Positions 27,261 to 36,157 of a DNA stretch of 38,584 nt are shown here, piece after piece. The stretch comes from a virus. Lineage: Duplodnaviria; Caudoviricetes. Within the stretch, counting starts at the first letter, position 1. Each line of letters begins with the position of its first letter. The notes beneath the pieces are model-generated. The model saw only the letters and a program-made list of their open reading frames with translations, did not search any database and had not been told where the DNA came from. The stretch spans positions 1-38,584 of IMG/VR virus record IMGVR_UViG_3300024310_000018. One strand, 5' to 3'. Position numbers and translations under genes: made by a program.

Positions 27261-29695
27261 GCGTGCGCGCCGTTAGCTGGTTTCTTGGCTGCGGCGATTG
27301 ACTGTTTGTGCTGGACCTCAGCTAACTCCTTGGCCATGGCGTGTTCGCGTTCGGATTTCTCGGTCTCGCGGACGTGCTTCTGAGCGTGATAGAAATCCTC
27401 CCGCTGGGCTTTCTGTACTTCAAGTTCATTGGCCTGCAATTCGGCTTGCGCTCTAATCCGCGCCACCTCGATATCCAGTTCCTTGATCTTGATATCCATC
27501 TGCTTCATTTGCAGATTAGCTTGGTTGTTCGCTTGTTCGCCCTGGTTCTCGATCTGCTGGCGTTCAATGTCGCCCTTGGCCTTGATTTCCTCAGGGGTTG
27601 GTTTTGGAGGCTGTGTGGCCCGTTGCTTGGCCTGCATTTCCGCCTTATCGCAGAAATCCTCGATAGCGCTTTCAAGATCACGTCCGACCCGGAAACCCCG
27701 CACCGCAAAACCGAGCATTTTAGCTGCCAAGGGAGCAAATTCCGGCATGGTCATGGTGACCTGTCCGGCAGTTTCGATAAACTTGGTCACGCCTTCCACA
27801 AATTCTATGCGTTGTGTCTTCTCCTGCTGGGCATCGCCTTGAACCGTGGAGTCGGTTTCGATATCGATTCGGAAACCTCGTAGCTTGTCCTGCCGTAACA
27901 GCATGATCGCATTGGCAAGTAGCTCCTGCTTTCGGGGGTCAATTGGCGGGCTTGCCGAGTCCGCCTGTTGGGGAACGGGTTGAGGCGGCGGTGCTACCCG
28001 GCTTTGGCGCAAGCGTTCCAGTGAGGCTGCAATGCGCGCTAATAGACCAACTGGATTATCAGGAGGGGTTGCCCCAGCCGGCGGCATGGCCGGCATCGGC
28101 TGGGGACTTGCCATGCCCGGAGGCGAAACGGGCATGGATTGCGGCCACGCAGGCACGGTTGGGGGTGATTGGACCTGCGGGGGCATCACAGGAGAGGGTT
28201 CGGCTCCCGGTGACTGCAAAGAGGGTTGAGCAGGTAACGGCGGCGGGTCTAACCCTTCATCATACATCGCGCCAGAGACTTGCAATAGCGTTTCAGGGCT
28301 ATAGTGCTCCGAAACTATCTCGCCCATAATATTGATGATATCCCGGCAAAACCGAGCCATGTCATCCTGACGTTCCTGCAAGCGGGTGGAACTGTTATTT
28401 GATTTAAGGCGCTGTCCGCCCATGGTTTCGCGGGCATCGGAGGTGCCACGCATAATATCGGAAATGCCGGTAGTGCGATCCAAATCTTCGATGATCTTGG
28501 TCCGGACTTCGATCAGGATTTCCAGCGTCTTGGAAACCATGTCGAGCGGCACCCAATCCATGCCACCTTTGAGGCCACCCTTTTCAGCAAACATCGCCCA
28601 TGACTCAATGGGGATAAGATTAGGTTCTTGGCCTTCCTCAAATATCCGCTTCACACCTTGCGCTGCGGCATCGTAAACGCCAACCACCTTGCAAGCCGCA
28701 GTCAAAATATCAATGCGCTTGGTCAGTTCATCGATCTGGATATATTGATCCTGACTCTCGGCATAGTCCGGAACCGGGATCATGGTGTCATTTGTCATCG
28801 TTGCCGATAACGGCTCGGGACACGGGAAGAACTTCTCGAGCTTTAGCGGGTCGTCGGCTTCCTTGCAGAGCCTGTCATGGGATTTGGCGACGAAATAAAC
28901 CTTGCGTTCCGGCTTCCACCAAATCTCCCAGACCGTGGCCTGAATGCCTTCCTGACCTGAAATGGTACTTGCGGCTCCCTGATTGCCGTCCAACTTCGGA
29001 ACATGGTCAAGCTGGATGGTTTTCCAGTCCTTGAAATCGGCGTCCTCCATGTCGGAGCGCGACATATAGAGCTTGCGCCCTACGCCTTCGACCTCAACCC
29101 ACGTTCTGGCGTTGGCCGGGAAGATGTAGAAGTCCTGCCAGTGGACGTAATCGACGGCAAGACTTTCGGCTAGGAATTCACGTTCCTGGACTTCGGTTTC
29201 CTCCTCTTTGGCCTTGTCGATTGGCTCGCCCGCGTCGTCCGTGATGTCATCTTCGGCGGTTTGCTTGGGGCTGATAGGCTCGCCGAACTTGGGATCATAG
29301 CGAACCCACGCTTGGCCCCTTCCTGGTCCCGTAAGGTAATCATTACGCGCCCGCCTGACCGTGGCGTCAAACCCCGACATCGCAACTTCATATCGAAGAG
29401 CCCGCTCAAGAATGGTACTTGCCACGCGGCCCGTTGTATCCTTGTCAAGAAACCTCCGCTCGCAAATAGGAACCGGCGTCTTGGAATATATCGCTGGTTT
29501 CAGGGTTTGCACATTGGACCAGAACAGATTTAATCGTTTGGCTGCGCCCTTGTCTTGATCGTCGCGTTCGTCCCGGTAGTTCTTGGATATCTTCTCAGCG
29601 CGCTTGCGCCATTTTTCCGTGGCTTTGTCTACTTGCTCGATCTGGGTTTTCCAGTGAGCCGCCATTTCCTGGTCTTTATTCAGCGCGATAACCAT
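27257..29695 (-). CDS. Portal protein with a Pro-rich insertion
   Basis: 812 aa after terminase; NLFWSNVQTL.PA.YS, FFPCP.PL, GISDIMRG.S...ET and FRIDIETDS motifs. Confidence 0.88.
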   Translation of the reverse strand: MVIALNKDQEMAAHWKTQIEQVDKATEKWRKRAEKISKNYRDERDDQDKGAAKRLNLFWSNVQTLKPAIYSKTPVPICERRFLDKDTTGRVASTILERALRYEVAMSGFDATVRRARNDYLTGPGRGQAWVRYDPKFGEPISPKQTAEDDITDDAGEPIDKAKEEETEVQEREFLAESLAVDYVHWQDFYIFPANARTWVEVEGVGRKLYMSRSDMEDADFKDWKTIQLDHVPKLDGNQGAASTISGQEGIQATVWEIWWKPERKVYFVAKSHDRLCKEADDPLKLEKFFPCPEPLSATMTNDTMIPVPDYAESQDQYIQIDELTKRIDILTAACKVVGVYDAAAQGVKRIFEEGQEPNLIPIESWAMFAEKGGLKGGMDWVPLDMVSKTLEILIEVRTKIIEDLDRTTGISDIMRGTSDARETMGGQRLKSNNSSTRLQERQDDMARFCRDIINIMGEIVSEHYSPETLLQVSGAMYDEGLDPPPLPAQPSLQSPGAEPSPVMPPQVQSPPTVPAWPQSMPVSPPGMASPQPMPAMPPAGATPPDNPVGLLARIAASLERLRQSRVAPPPQPVPQQADSASPPIDPRKQELLANAIMLLRQDKLRGFRIDIETDSTVQGDAQQEKTQRIEFVEGVTKFIETAGQVTMTMPEFAPLAAKMLGFAVRGFRVGRDLESAIEDFCDKAEMQAKQRATQPPKPTPEEIKAKGDIERQQIENQGEQANNQANLQMKQMDIKIKELDIEVARIRAQAELQANELEVQKAQREDFYHAQKHVRETEKSEREHAMAKELAEVQHKQSIAAAKKPANGAHA

Positions 29696-29702
29696 TAGAT
29701 TA

Positions 29703-30404
29703 TCACGCCTTCATGATCCAAAGATTGAAAATCACAGTTCCATTGATTGCGTTGGTTGGCTCTGTATTGTAGAGCGTTATCGTGCAGGTATTTGTGGTCA
29801 TGACGGCTTCGAGCTGGAAATTCTTACGTGTGTTGGTCCCGCCTGCCTTGGTCAAAAGGCAGATATCCGTAGCAGCCGCACCGGTCAGAGTGATAACCAA
29901 TGCCTGCGAAGCGCCAGCGGCCGTCGTCAAAGCTTCCGTGGTGATCTGAGTGAAATAAGACGTGACCGTTACCGCATTACTTGAGAGTGTAGCTGTGGCA
30001 ACGCCCGTCTTAATGGTCTGTCCTGCTATGAAGGTGCGGGAACCGGGTTGAACGAAATAATTGGTTCCATCCGAAACGATTCTAGCCCCGCTGCCGGTCT
30101 TCAATACCAGCGTAGACGCACCCTGAATTGTGGAAGTAGTAGGGGTAATCGTAACTGCCCCTGCCCCGAGATTGACGATATCGAACCAGAAGCCGGCACC
30201 ATAACCCGAGGTCGTGGCCTGCGGCAAAGTGACCGCAACCGCCGATCCGTTGCTGATGGTAACCAGCTTGCCCACGTCCGCTGTGGCGATCGTGTACGTT
30301 GTCCCCGTCTGGGCATCGACATTTTCCAGCGCGGTGATCGTGACCGGGATAGGATTGTCAACCGAGTTGACGACGGTGACGGGATTCAAGATAACGGCTG
30401 TCAT
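29703..30404 (-). CDS. Two-domain beta-rich virion surface protein between terL and portal
   Basis: QTGTTYT...D.GKLVT.SN.SAVAVTLP...GAGAVTITP...SDGTNY fibre-type domain; ATG 30404 overlaps the terL stop. Confidence 0.7.
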   Translation of the reverse strand: MTAVILNPVTVVNSVDNPIPVTITALENVDAQTGTTYTIATADVGKLVTISNGSAVAVTLPQATTSGYGAGFWFDIVNLGAGAVTITPTTSTIQGASTLVLKTGSGARIVSDGTNYFVQPGSRTFIAGQTIKTGVATATLSSNAVTVTSYFTQITTEALTTAAGASQALVITLTGAAATDICLLTKAGGTNTRKNFQLEAVMTTNTCTITLYNTEPTNAINGTVIFNLWIMKA

Positions 30405-31939
30405 TAGACCCTCTGCGATTTCTTTGCTGGGGATTGTTCCCACAGGTCATCAAGCGAGACCTGGTTGCCCGGTCCCACCATCAAAAGCTTGTCATGCGGG
30501 CGTTTCACAAATTGCTTGATGTATGGACGCGACATGCAGGCGTATCGTATTTCATCGGGAGCATGATCTTCGCTCTCGGTGTCTACGTCCTCAGCCTTGA
30601 TTAGATCGTGCTGGAGCGCGGGAAGCGTTCGGATTGAATCCCGGCAGGTGGAGAAAAAATAAATCATAGGGCGCTCTCCGTCGCCCAATAAACGCGCTCG
30701 TAACTGATCCCATCCGCCCATCGCCCCTCTTGCGGAAACTCTGGCATTGTCAGCCCGGCGGAAAAATACTTTACGGGATGCCATTCGCTCCGCGATGCTT
30801 GGGCCGCCATCGCTTGCAAAGGCCGCAGGATCGAGCACGCCATAAGTGATTGCTGGATTGCCTTCGATGTCCTTGGGTTCGTCTCGCTCCCTGAATACGA
30901 TGCCATCGGCTACGTCCTCGGCTGGGAGTTTGAGGCCGATGTTGGGTGAGCTGGCGCCATACCATTCGCGGTAGCGGACCAAGGCTCCGCGAGGGAGGAT
31001 ATTTGATACCGAGCGCCCGTTTGAAGATTGATCCACTCCCCCGCCGTTCCCTCTAGGTAAAGGATAGTCATCACCAACAACTGCCCACCACCCAATAGAG
31101 AACGGCTTAGCGCTTCCCCAATCGCCCGAGCGGAATCGGGTCCAGTTGGCGGGAATTTCAAATGGTCGGATGACATGCTTGTCGGTGCTCCATTCGGGAA
31201 AGAACGCACCCTCGATTACTGACCAATCTCCCGATAGCCAAGCTTTTACAAGATTTTCCGAGCCAACCTGAAATAGATTTGCAACATAGTCATCCCCCAA
31301 ATACTTGTTGTCCACCACTTTCGACGGGATGAATACTCTCGTTTTCTCGATCTTCTTCTTGGTGAACGGGTTGATATACTCGAAACGATAGATTTCCATG
31401 CCGTTGGGATTGGTATCCAGCCTGTAGCGGGCCTTCACCCATTGATGGCCGGGGCCGCCGGGGTTGCAGGTGGATTTCATCTGGCACGGCACGCCATGGC
31501 CGCTTCGAAGCGTGGCCATCAGCTTGGCAACCGGGCTTTCGCTCGGAAACGTGCCTACTTCTTCGATGTAAATCCGCGTATAGCCGTGGCCCTGGTAGGC
31601 GTCAGCGTCGCTGTCATTTTCCAAGTACGCGAATCTAAGCCGACCACCATTCGGACCCCTGAAATATTTATCTTGTTCGTGCCACTTGTGACCGATAGGG
31701 ATAAGTATTTGCTTAGCTCGCTCAATGAGTTCGATAAGCTGCGTCCGTTCGCGTCGAAGCGCAATTCCAATGGCATCCTGTTTGTACGCGTCCTCATGGC
31801 TGGCCCAATCTCCTATGACCGCATCTGACTTGCCGCCGCCGCGGGCGCCACCGAAAGCCACATCATCAACCGGGCAGGCAATGAACGCGGCTTGCTTGGG
31901 CTGTGCGTCCCAAATTATTTCCTGAACGGGCTCGGTCAT
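30404..31939 (-). CDS. terL: Terminase large subunit
   Basis: Walker A GGARGGGKS, Walker B IYIEE, coupling motif TCNPGG, nuclease DWG and DHAPDEIRY. Confidence 0.95.
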   Translation of the reverse strand: MTEPVQEIIWDAQPKQAAFIACPVDDVAFGGARGGGKSDAVIGDWASHEDAYKQDAIGIALRRERTQLIELIERAKQILIPIGHKWHEQDKYFRGPNGGRLRFAYLENDSDADAYQGHGYTRIYIEEVGTFPSESPVAKLMATLRSGHGVPCQMKSTCNPGGPGHQWVKARYRLDTNPNGMEIYRFEYINPFTKKKIEKTRVFIPSKVVDNKYLGDDYVANLFQVGSENLVKAWLSGDWSVIEGAFFPEWSTDKHVIRPFEIPANWTRFRSGDWGSAKPFSIGWWAVVGDDYPLPRGNGGGVDQSSNGRSVSNILPRGALVRYREWYGASSPNIGLKLPAEDVADGIVFRERDEPKDIEGNPAITYGVLDPAAFASDGGPSIAERMASRKVFFRRADNARVSARGAMGGWDQLRARLLGDGERPMIYFFSTCRDSIRTLPALQHDLIKAEDVDTESEDHAPDEIRYACMSRPYIKQFVKRPHDKLLMVGPGNQVSLDDLWEQSPAKKSQRV

Positions 31940-32223
31940 TGCAGTGTTTCAGGCTTATCCCCATGCTGTTGCAGCCAAGCCGCTGTATCCGTTGAGATAT
32001 TTGGCGTGCGAATGACCTTAGTGGTTGAAATCTCACCGGAATGCTCAACTGATGTGAGGTCGGGAAGCGCCTTACGCAAAAGGCCCAGCGCCGCCGTTAC
32101 AGCATGGGGCGGCATGTCGATCGTACCAGCTATTAGTCCATTGAGCCGAGCAATGATATTCCCCACCTTGATCTTGGCGCGGGTGTTTTCATCATGGCGA
32201 ATTTTCTTAACTCTGGCAGGCAT
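31936..32223 (-). CDS. Terminase small subunit (probable)
   Basis: Directly upstream of terL; R.KI.....I.RL and LLRK.LPDL..VE.SG pattern; start MPARV. Confidence 0.75.
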   Translation of the reverse strand: MPARVKKIRHDENTRAKIKVGNIIARLNGLIAGTIDMPPHAVTAALGLLRKALPDLTSVEHSGEISTTKVIRTPNISTDTAAWLQQHGDKPETLQ

Positions 32224-32510
32224 CAGCGATATTCCCTGTCGATATCTTCGCGACCAATCAGTACCAGCCACGCGTTTGTGATACGGTTGTCAGCAAGCCA
32301 ATTTCCGAATCTCTGCCAATGGCTTGGCGTAATATAAGTTTGCTCGTCGCCGTATAGACTGATATTCATTTGTCGCTGAAATTCGGCATAGCTCTCAGTA
32401 ACGCGCCGACCAATTAAATCGCTATATGGTCCATCGGGCATCGGCGCAAGATCAACCGAGTATTCCCGATTTTTCCAGAACGGCGACTGCGCGCGATCGA
32501 TTCCATTCAT
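32223..32510 (-). CDS. Hypothetical protein
   Basis: 95 aa, coupled. Confidence 0.6.
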   Translation of the reverse strand: MNGIDRAQSPFWKNREYSVDLAPMPDGPYSDLIGRRVTESYAEFQRQMNISLYGDEQTYITPSHWQRFGNWLADNRITNAWLVLIGREDIDREYR

Positions 32511-32513
32511 CGC

Positions 32514-32864
32514 TCAATTCCCCTTCGGCCAAGGCACGTTGACCACCGGAATCCCGGCGTGCGAACTCGGAACTGTTACCCGGTCAGCCCATTCGGGACG
32601 GATCGAAACGCAAAGCTGCTGCTTGCCAGTGGCTCGAGTTATACCCTCAGCATCGGTTTCAGTCTCAGCCTGCACCCAAACGGAATGAACCTGGGCCGGC
32701 GCGTTTAATCGTTTAATCAGCCCTTGGGCTGCGTCTAAATGAGTTTGATCGGTCATAGTGGTCCTTTCGATTTTAAATCCTGCTTCGCAGAGAGTTATAT
32801 AGGCCCGCATTCCCTGATGTTCACCCATGGCGTTGATGAGGGTTTCTAGGGCTTGGCCGTTCAT
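32514..32864 (-). CDS. Hypothetical protein (alternative start MTDQ at 32756 with strong SD)
   Basis: Coupled ORF; internal GAAAGGA SD. Confidence 0.6.
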   Translation of the reverse strand: MNGQALETLINAMGEHQGMRAYITLCEAGFKIERTTMTDQTHLDAAQGLIKRLNAPAQVHSVWVQAETETDAEGITRATGKQQLCVSIRPEWADRVTVPSSHAGIPVVNVPWPKGN

Positions 32865-33427
32865 CCAGATTGCTTTCGCTTCTCAAAACTTGCTTCCAAT
32901 TCCGCTCTCGAAAGGGAAACCACTGGCGACGCTTCAACCTTGCCAAGCCCTCTTTCAACAGAAAGACTGGTAGTAGGTTTTATATTGTTGTTGTGGTTAG
33001 CTTCCGCCGGGTTTCCTTTTTGTATGGACATTTGGTTAGTGTTTTGCTTGCTGATTTGGTTTAGGTTTGCTTCGGGTTTGCTTCGTTTGCTTCCCGCTAT
33101 GGCTCTGGATAATCCGGAAGCCAGTCCGCCGCGGATGCCGGCAAGTGCGCGCTTTGTGCGGATGATTTCCGCCTTCTCGATTTCCTCAGTTGCCCGTTTT
33201 TGTGTGCCATCCTCGCCAAAGAATAAATTGATCTTAGGAGCAATCTTCAGCCATTCCCGCAATGTCATTTTGGCGATAGCGGCGCGATCACCTGGCTCGG
33301 CAGGGATATTACCGTGCGTCCAGCATTCCTGAAGCAACAGAAAGTATGCACCATGTTCCAGCGTTGTCAGCCGGTTGGTGTCCTTCTGATAATCGCCCAT
33401 GTAGAAGGCTATCCAGGAGCGGCCCAA
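32861..33427 (-). CDS. DUF1376/YdaU-family replication initiator-like protein
   Basis: FY.GDY..DT..LTT.EHGAY.LLL...W N-terminus; TTG start after a G-rich SD. Confidence 0.85.
   Translation of the reverse strand: MGRSWIAFYMGDYQKDTNRLTTLEHGAYFLLLQECWTHGNIPAEPGDRAAIAKMTLREWLKIAPKINLFFGEDGTQKRATEEIEKAEIIRTKRALAGIRGGLASGLSRAIAGSKRSKPEANLNQISKQNTNQMSIQKGNPAEANHNNNIKPTTSLSVERGLGKVEASPVVSLSRAELEASFEKRKQSG
33030..33093. repeat. Iteron-like repeats, candidate replication origin
   Basis: GTTTGCTTC at 33065, 33076 and 33085; TTTGCTT at 33043; ATTTGGTT at 33030 and 33054. Confidence 0.6.
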
Positions 33428-33601
33428 TTAAATCCCCTCCCCCGCGCTGGCATCCTCGGGTACGCGGTGGGGAACAGGAAGTGTTTCATGGGAAACACTT
33501 TCGCCGACATAGGCATTAAGGCGTTGACGCACACATGGCCGACAAACGACGGCGCGACCCCTATGAAAATGTTTGCAGTCAGGACAAAACTGCAGGCTCA
33601 T
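33428..33601 (-). CDS. 57-aa zinc-finger protein (CPDC...CRPC)
   Basis: Read manually; ATGA-coupled and fills the gap exactly. Confidence 0.65.
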   Translation of the reverse strand: MSLQFCPDCKHFHRGRAVVCRPCVRQRLNAYVGESVSHETLPVPHRVPEDASAGEGI

Positions 33602-33885
33602 CGCGGCACCATCCGATAGCGATACAGGCCGCCGGCAATTCGTTCGCGCTGCACCGTCCGCAATTCCTTATTCCGTAGATCCCTCAGCCTCGCACTTAAA
33701 GCCGTTTCACTTCCTGGTACTTCTAATTTGATTTCTGATAATGTGCGCCATTGACCGTCATTCATGAGAGTTCGCACTCGGTCTAACTGCCGTTCAAGAC
33801 GTGCTTCATCCTTTACTGGATGATAGGTTGATCCAGAGAATTTCTGGTTGGGCTTCCAGTCGAATAGGGAGGGAACGGGGAGCAT
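33598..33885 (-). CDS. Winged-HTH protein
   Basis: LMNDGQWRTLSEI......SETALSARLRDLR motif. Confidence 0.75.
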   Translation of the reverse strand: MLPVPSLFDWKPNQKFSGSTYHPVKDEARLERQLDRVRTLMNDGQWRTLSEIKLEVPGSETALSARLRDLRNKELRTVQRERIAGGLYRYRMVPR

Positions 33886-34454
33886 TAAGCCGGCGCTCCC
33901 GCGATTTTGATTTTCAGTTCTTCGACTTCGGCGTTAAGATCGGGGTCAATGGCCACCAAACGCTCAATCTTGCGGACGGCCGATAAAATCGAGGTGTGGT
34001 CCCGGCCACCGAATCGGCGCCCGACTTCCGGCAGACTTCGAAGCGTAAGCGTCTTGGCAAGATAGATTGCGATATGCCGGGGACGAATGATCGGCCCAAA
34101 GCGGCGCTCGCCAATAAGATCATTGCGGCGCACATCGTAGTGGCGGCAGATTACGCGCTGAATTTGTTCAATGGTAGGGCGGACGGTTTCGACGGGGCCT
34201 AAGTCTTTCTCGACTGAAAACCATGTTTTGAGTTGCCGCGCGGTGCATGCCTCGGGGGTGTCTTTCGGAACAATGACCGGCGCCGGGGTTTCCACAATCG
34301 ACAACGCGCGCAATACCATCGGCCGATCTGGTACGGCTTTCGCCGCTATCCTCTCCCGTCTTTCACGTCTTGCGTGAAGCCGTTCCTTGAAGGGAAGTCT
34401 TAAATAGGGATCGTCATTAGCTAGCGTTGCGATGGCTTCCATTGTTTCCCCCAT
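33885..34454 (-). CDS. Stand-alone DnaA C-terminal (domain IV) DNA-binding protein
   Basis: [39 protein letters not shown] matches the DnaA signature; no AAA+ domain. Confidence 0.9.
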   Translation of the reverse strand: MGETMEAIATLANDDPYLRLPFKERLHARRERRERIAAKAVPDRPMVLRALSIVETPAPVIVPKDTPEACTARQLKTWFSVEKDLGPVETVRPTIEQIQRVICRHYDVRRNDLIGERRFGPIIRPRHIAIYLAKTLTLRSLPEVGRRFGGRDHTSILSAVRKIERLVAIDPDLNAEVEELKIKIAGAPA

Positions 34455-34512
34455 TCCCCGAATGAAAAAGTTGGTTCACATCAACTCTGAATTTGCTTCG
34501 CCTTCTGAAAAG

Positions 34513-34648
34513 TCAGGCAGCAGTAGAATGGGCTTCCGCAATTTGACGGACGCGTTCGCCCGTGAGCCCAAATACTTTGCCTATTGTTTTAAGACGAGCC
34601 GCCGCTGTTATAGAAATGGCCTTCGCGGAAAAACAAATAGGTTCTCAT
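34513..34648 (-). pseudogene. Split sigma70-region-4-like HTH gene
   Basis: MRTYLFFREGHFYNSGGSS* in one frame; LKTIGKVFGLTGERVRQIAEAHSTAA* in the +1 frame. Confidence 0.5.
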
Positions 34649-35061
34649 TTCACTTCGCCCTTAAGGATTTTACGAGCCGCCGCAAGCTTAGTTTCAGCCG
34701 CGACCAGCGCAGTTCCAGAATGGTCAGAACCAGCTTGCTTATGGAGTTGGATTTCGTGTTCAAGGTTTTGCACTTCCAATTCGAGAACCGAAATCAGTTC
34801 GGCGCGGACGCGGCCCATGAGCCAACTCGGTACTGTCTTGGTGCGGGAGTACAGAAAGTTTTCAAATGCGGCCGATGTGACCCCGATCCGTCTCGCCACC
34901 ATCTTGCGAGCCTGGGTCAAGGTTGTCCCGACGCGCCGCGCCTCGCTTCTCTCAAGCGAACGGGCCATCCCGTTAAGCGTCGATATGTCGGAGGCCGCAC
35001 TGTTCATTTGACGGAAATCTTCCTGCATTTTGACAACTCTCCTCGTGATTGAACAAACCAT
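34645..35061 (-). CDS. HTH-like regulator at the CII position
   Basis: ARKMVARRIGVTSAAFENFLYSRTK HTH-like segment plus coiled coil. Confidence 0.65.
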   Translation of the reverse strand: MVCSITRRVVKMQEDFRQMNSAASDISTLNGMARSLERSEARRVGTTLTQARKMVARRIGVTSAAFENFLYSRTKTVPSWLMGRVRAELISVLELEVQNLEHEIQLHKQAGSDHSGTALVAAETKLAAARKILKGEVK

Positions 35062-35095
35062 GAGGCAGGAACACGCGAACGAGAATCGACCACTA

Positions 35096-35302
35096 TTAGA
35101 ACGCTGGCACGGCTAGCAGGCCGAACAGCGGAGCAAGAGCCATGTAACTGATAACGAGGAAGCCAACGATAACGACGGGGAGAGCTATCGCGGCTATGGA
35201 GAAAAACCGCGCGCCCAATTCAAGATCGCTCGCATTGTGCGAGCGTAGCGCGGATGGAAAATGGCTAGCCCCCGCTGTTTTCTGTCCGCGCCAATGGGTC
35301 AC
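35096..35302 (-). CDS. Small membrane protein
   Basis: Hydrophobic C-terminal half; ATGA-coupled. Confidence 0.55.
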   Translation of the reverse strand: MTHWRGQKTAGASHFPSALRSHNASDLELGARFFSIAAIALPVVIVGFLVISYMALAPLFGLLAVPAF

Positions 35303-35544
35303 GCATCAACTCCCTGCGGAGTGAGCATTTTGGTAAAGATTGAAATGTCGGTTTTGCGCTCAGTGACGGGACGGAAGCGGCGAAAGAAATATCCACGTTC
35401 GCGGTTTGGCTGGGGAATTTCAGCGACACTAATTCCACGAGCGTGGACGATATCGACCGTATAAACCGAACCTTTTGCAAGCGATGTTCTCTTGAGACCG
35501 CTCGCATCCACGCAAACCACTTTCTGTCCAACATGAAATGTCAT
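35299..35544 (-). CDS. Conserved small phage protein (SH3-like, FxVGQKVVCVD)
   Basis: VGQKVVCVD...RFRP..ERKTDISIFT.ML pattern. Confidence 0.75.
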   Translation of the reverse strand: MTFHVGQKVVCVDASGLKRTSLAKGSVYTVDIVHARGISVAEIPQPNRERGYFFRRFRPVTERKTDISIFTKMLTPQGVDA

Positions 35545-35840
35545 GCCGCCCTCACACGTCGCAGAAATTCGGGAATTTCGGGAAAGGATTCGCCCGACGC
35601 GTAAGCCGGCGTCACCGAAGGCTCACTCTCTCCCGAAGGTGGAGAACCGCAAGGAGCGCCGGGCGAACTCACGCCTGAGGATGCTGTCCCGGCGCAAGCT
35701 TTGAATTTCGAATTCGGAAAATGCGTTTCCTTGATCCCATTGCATCGATCGCAGAGGAAAAATCCCCCGATGATCTCAACAGTTCCCGGCGCGGAACAGC
35801 AAGCACAACTGTGGCGGGTATTGAGCGGAATTGCGGTCAA
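35541..35840 (-). CDS. Zinc-finger protein ending in an FtsZ-tail-like peptide
   Basis: Probable TTG start at 35840; CACC...CDRC, Ser/Pro linker, EIPEFLRRVRAA. Confidence 0.65.
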   Translation of the reverse strand: MTAIPLNTRHSCACCSAPGTVEIIGGFFLCDRCNGIKETHFPNSKFKACAGTASSGVSSPGAPCGSPPSGESEPSVTPAYASGESFPEIPEFLRRVRAA

Positions 35841-35929
35841 TCCACACCCCCGATTTGATTCAAAAGATTTAGGTTGTGTCCGTTGCCAGACAAAGCGCAG
35901 GATGGAAGCCTCGGTAATGGGGGCGTCCA

Positions 35930-36157
35930 ATGGCGGAAATTCTCGATTGCGTCGGGATACCCGAGTATTTCACAACCCATTTCGGGGATATCGAGGATGC
36001 TGGCGCCGGCATGGTGCGGATTGTCCGCTGTATCGAGCGCGGCGGGGTTTTGATCCCGGTATTGTCCTGTGTCAGTCCAGCGCTTGCCATGCTTCAGACC
36101 GCTCCGATGATACGGGCACGGCTGTTGACGATCATTGGCAGGGATCGCGGACATTAG
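35930..36157 (+). CDS. Antisense small protein convergent with cro
   Basis: 75-aa globular-looking ORF (PEYFTT...IEDAG.GMVRIV); its stop overlaps the cro stop. Confidence 0.6.
   Translation: MAEILDCVGIPEYFTTHFGDIEDAGAGMVRIVRCIERGGVLIPVLSCVSPALAMLQTAPMIRARLLTIIGRDRGH

Noticed and set aside
30990-31070. Gly/Ser-rich loop in the TerL nuclease domain as a possible intein or intron
   Set aside because: It is only about 25 aa, in frame, with no splicing motifs; probably a variable surface loop
34432-35052. 206-aa plus-strand ORF
   Set aside because: It is antisense to coupled minus-strand genes and has no recognisable motif
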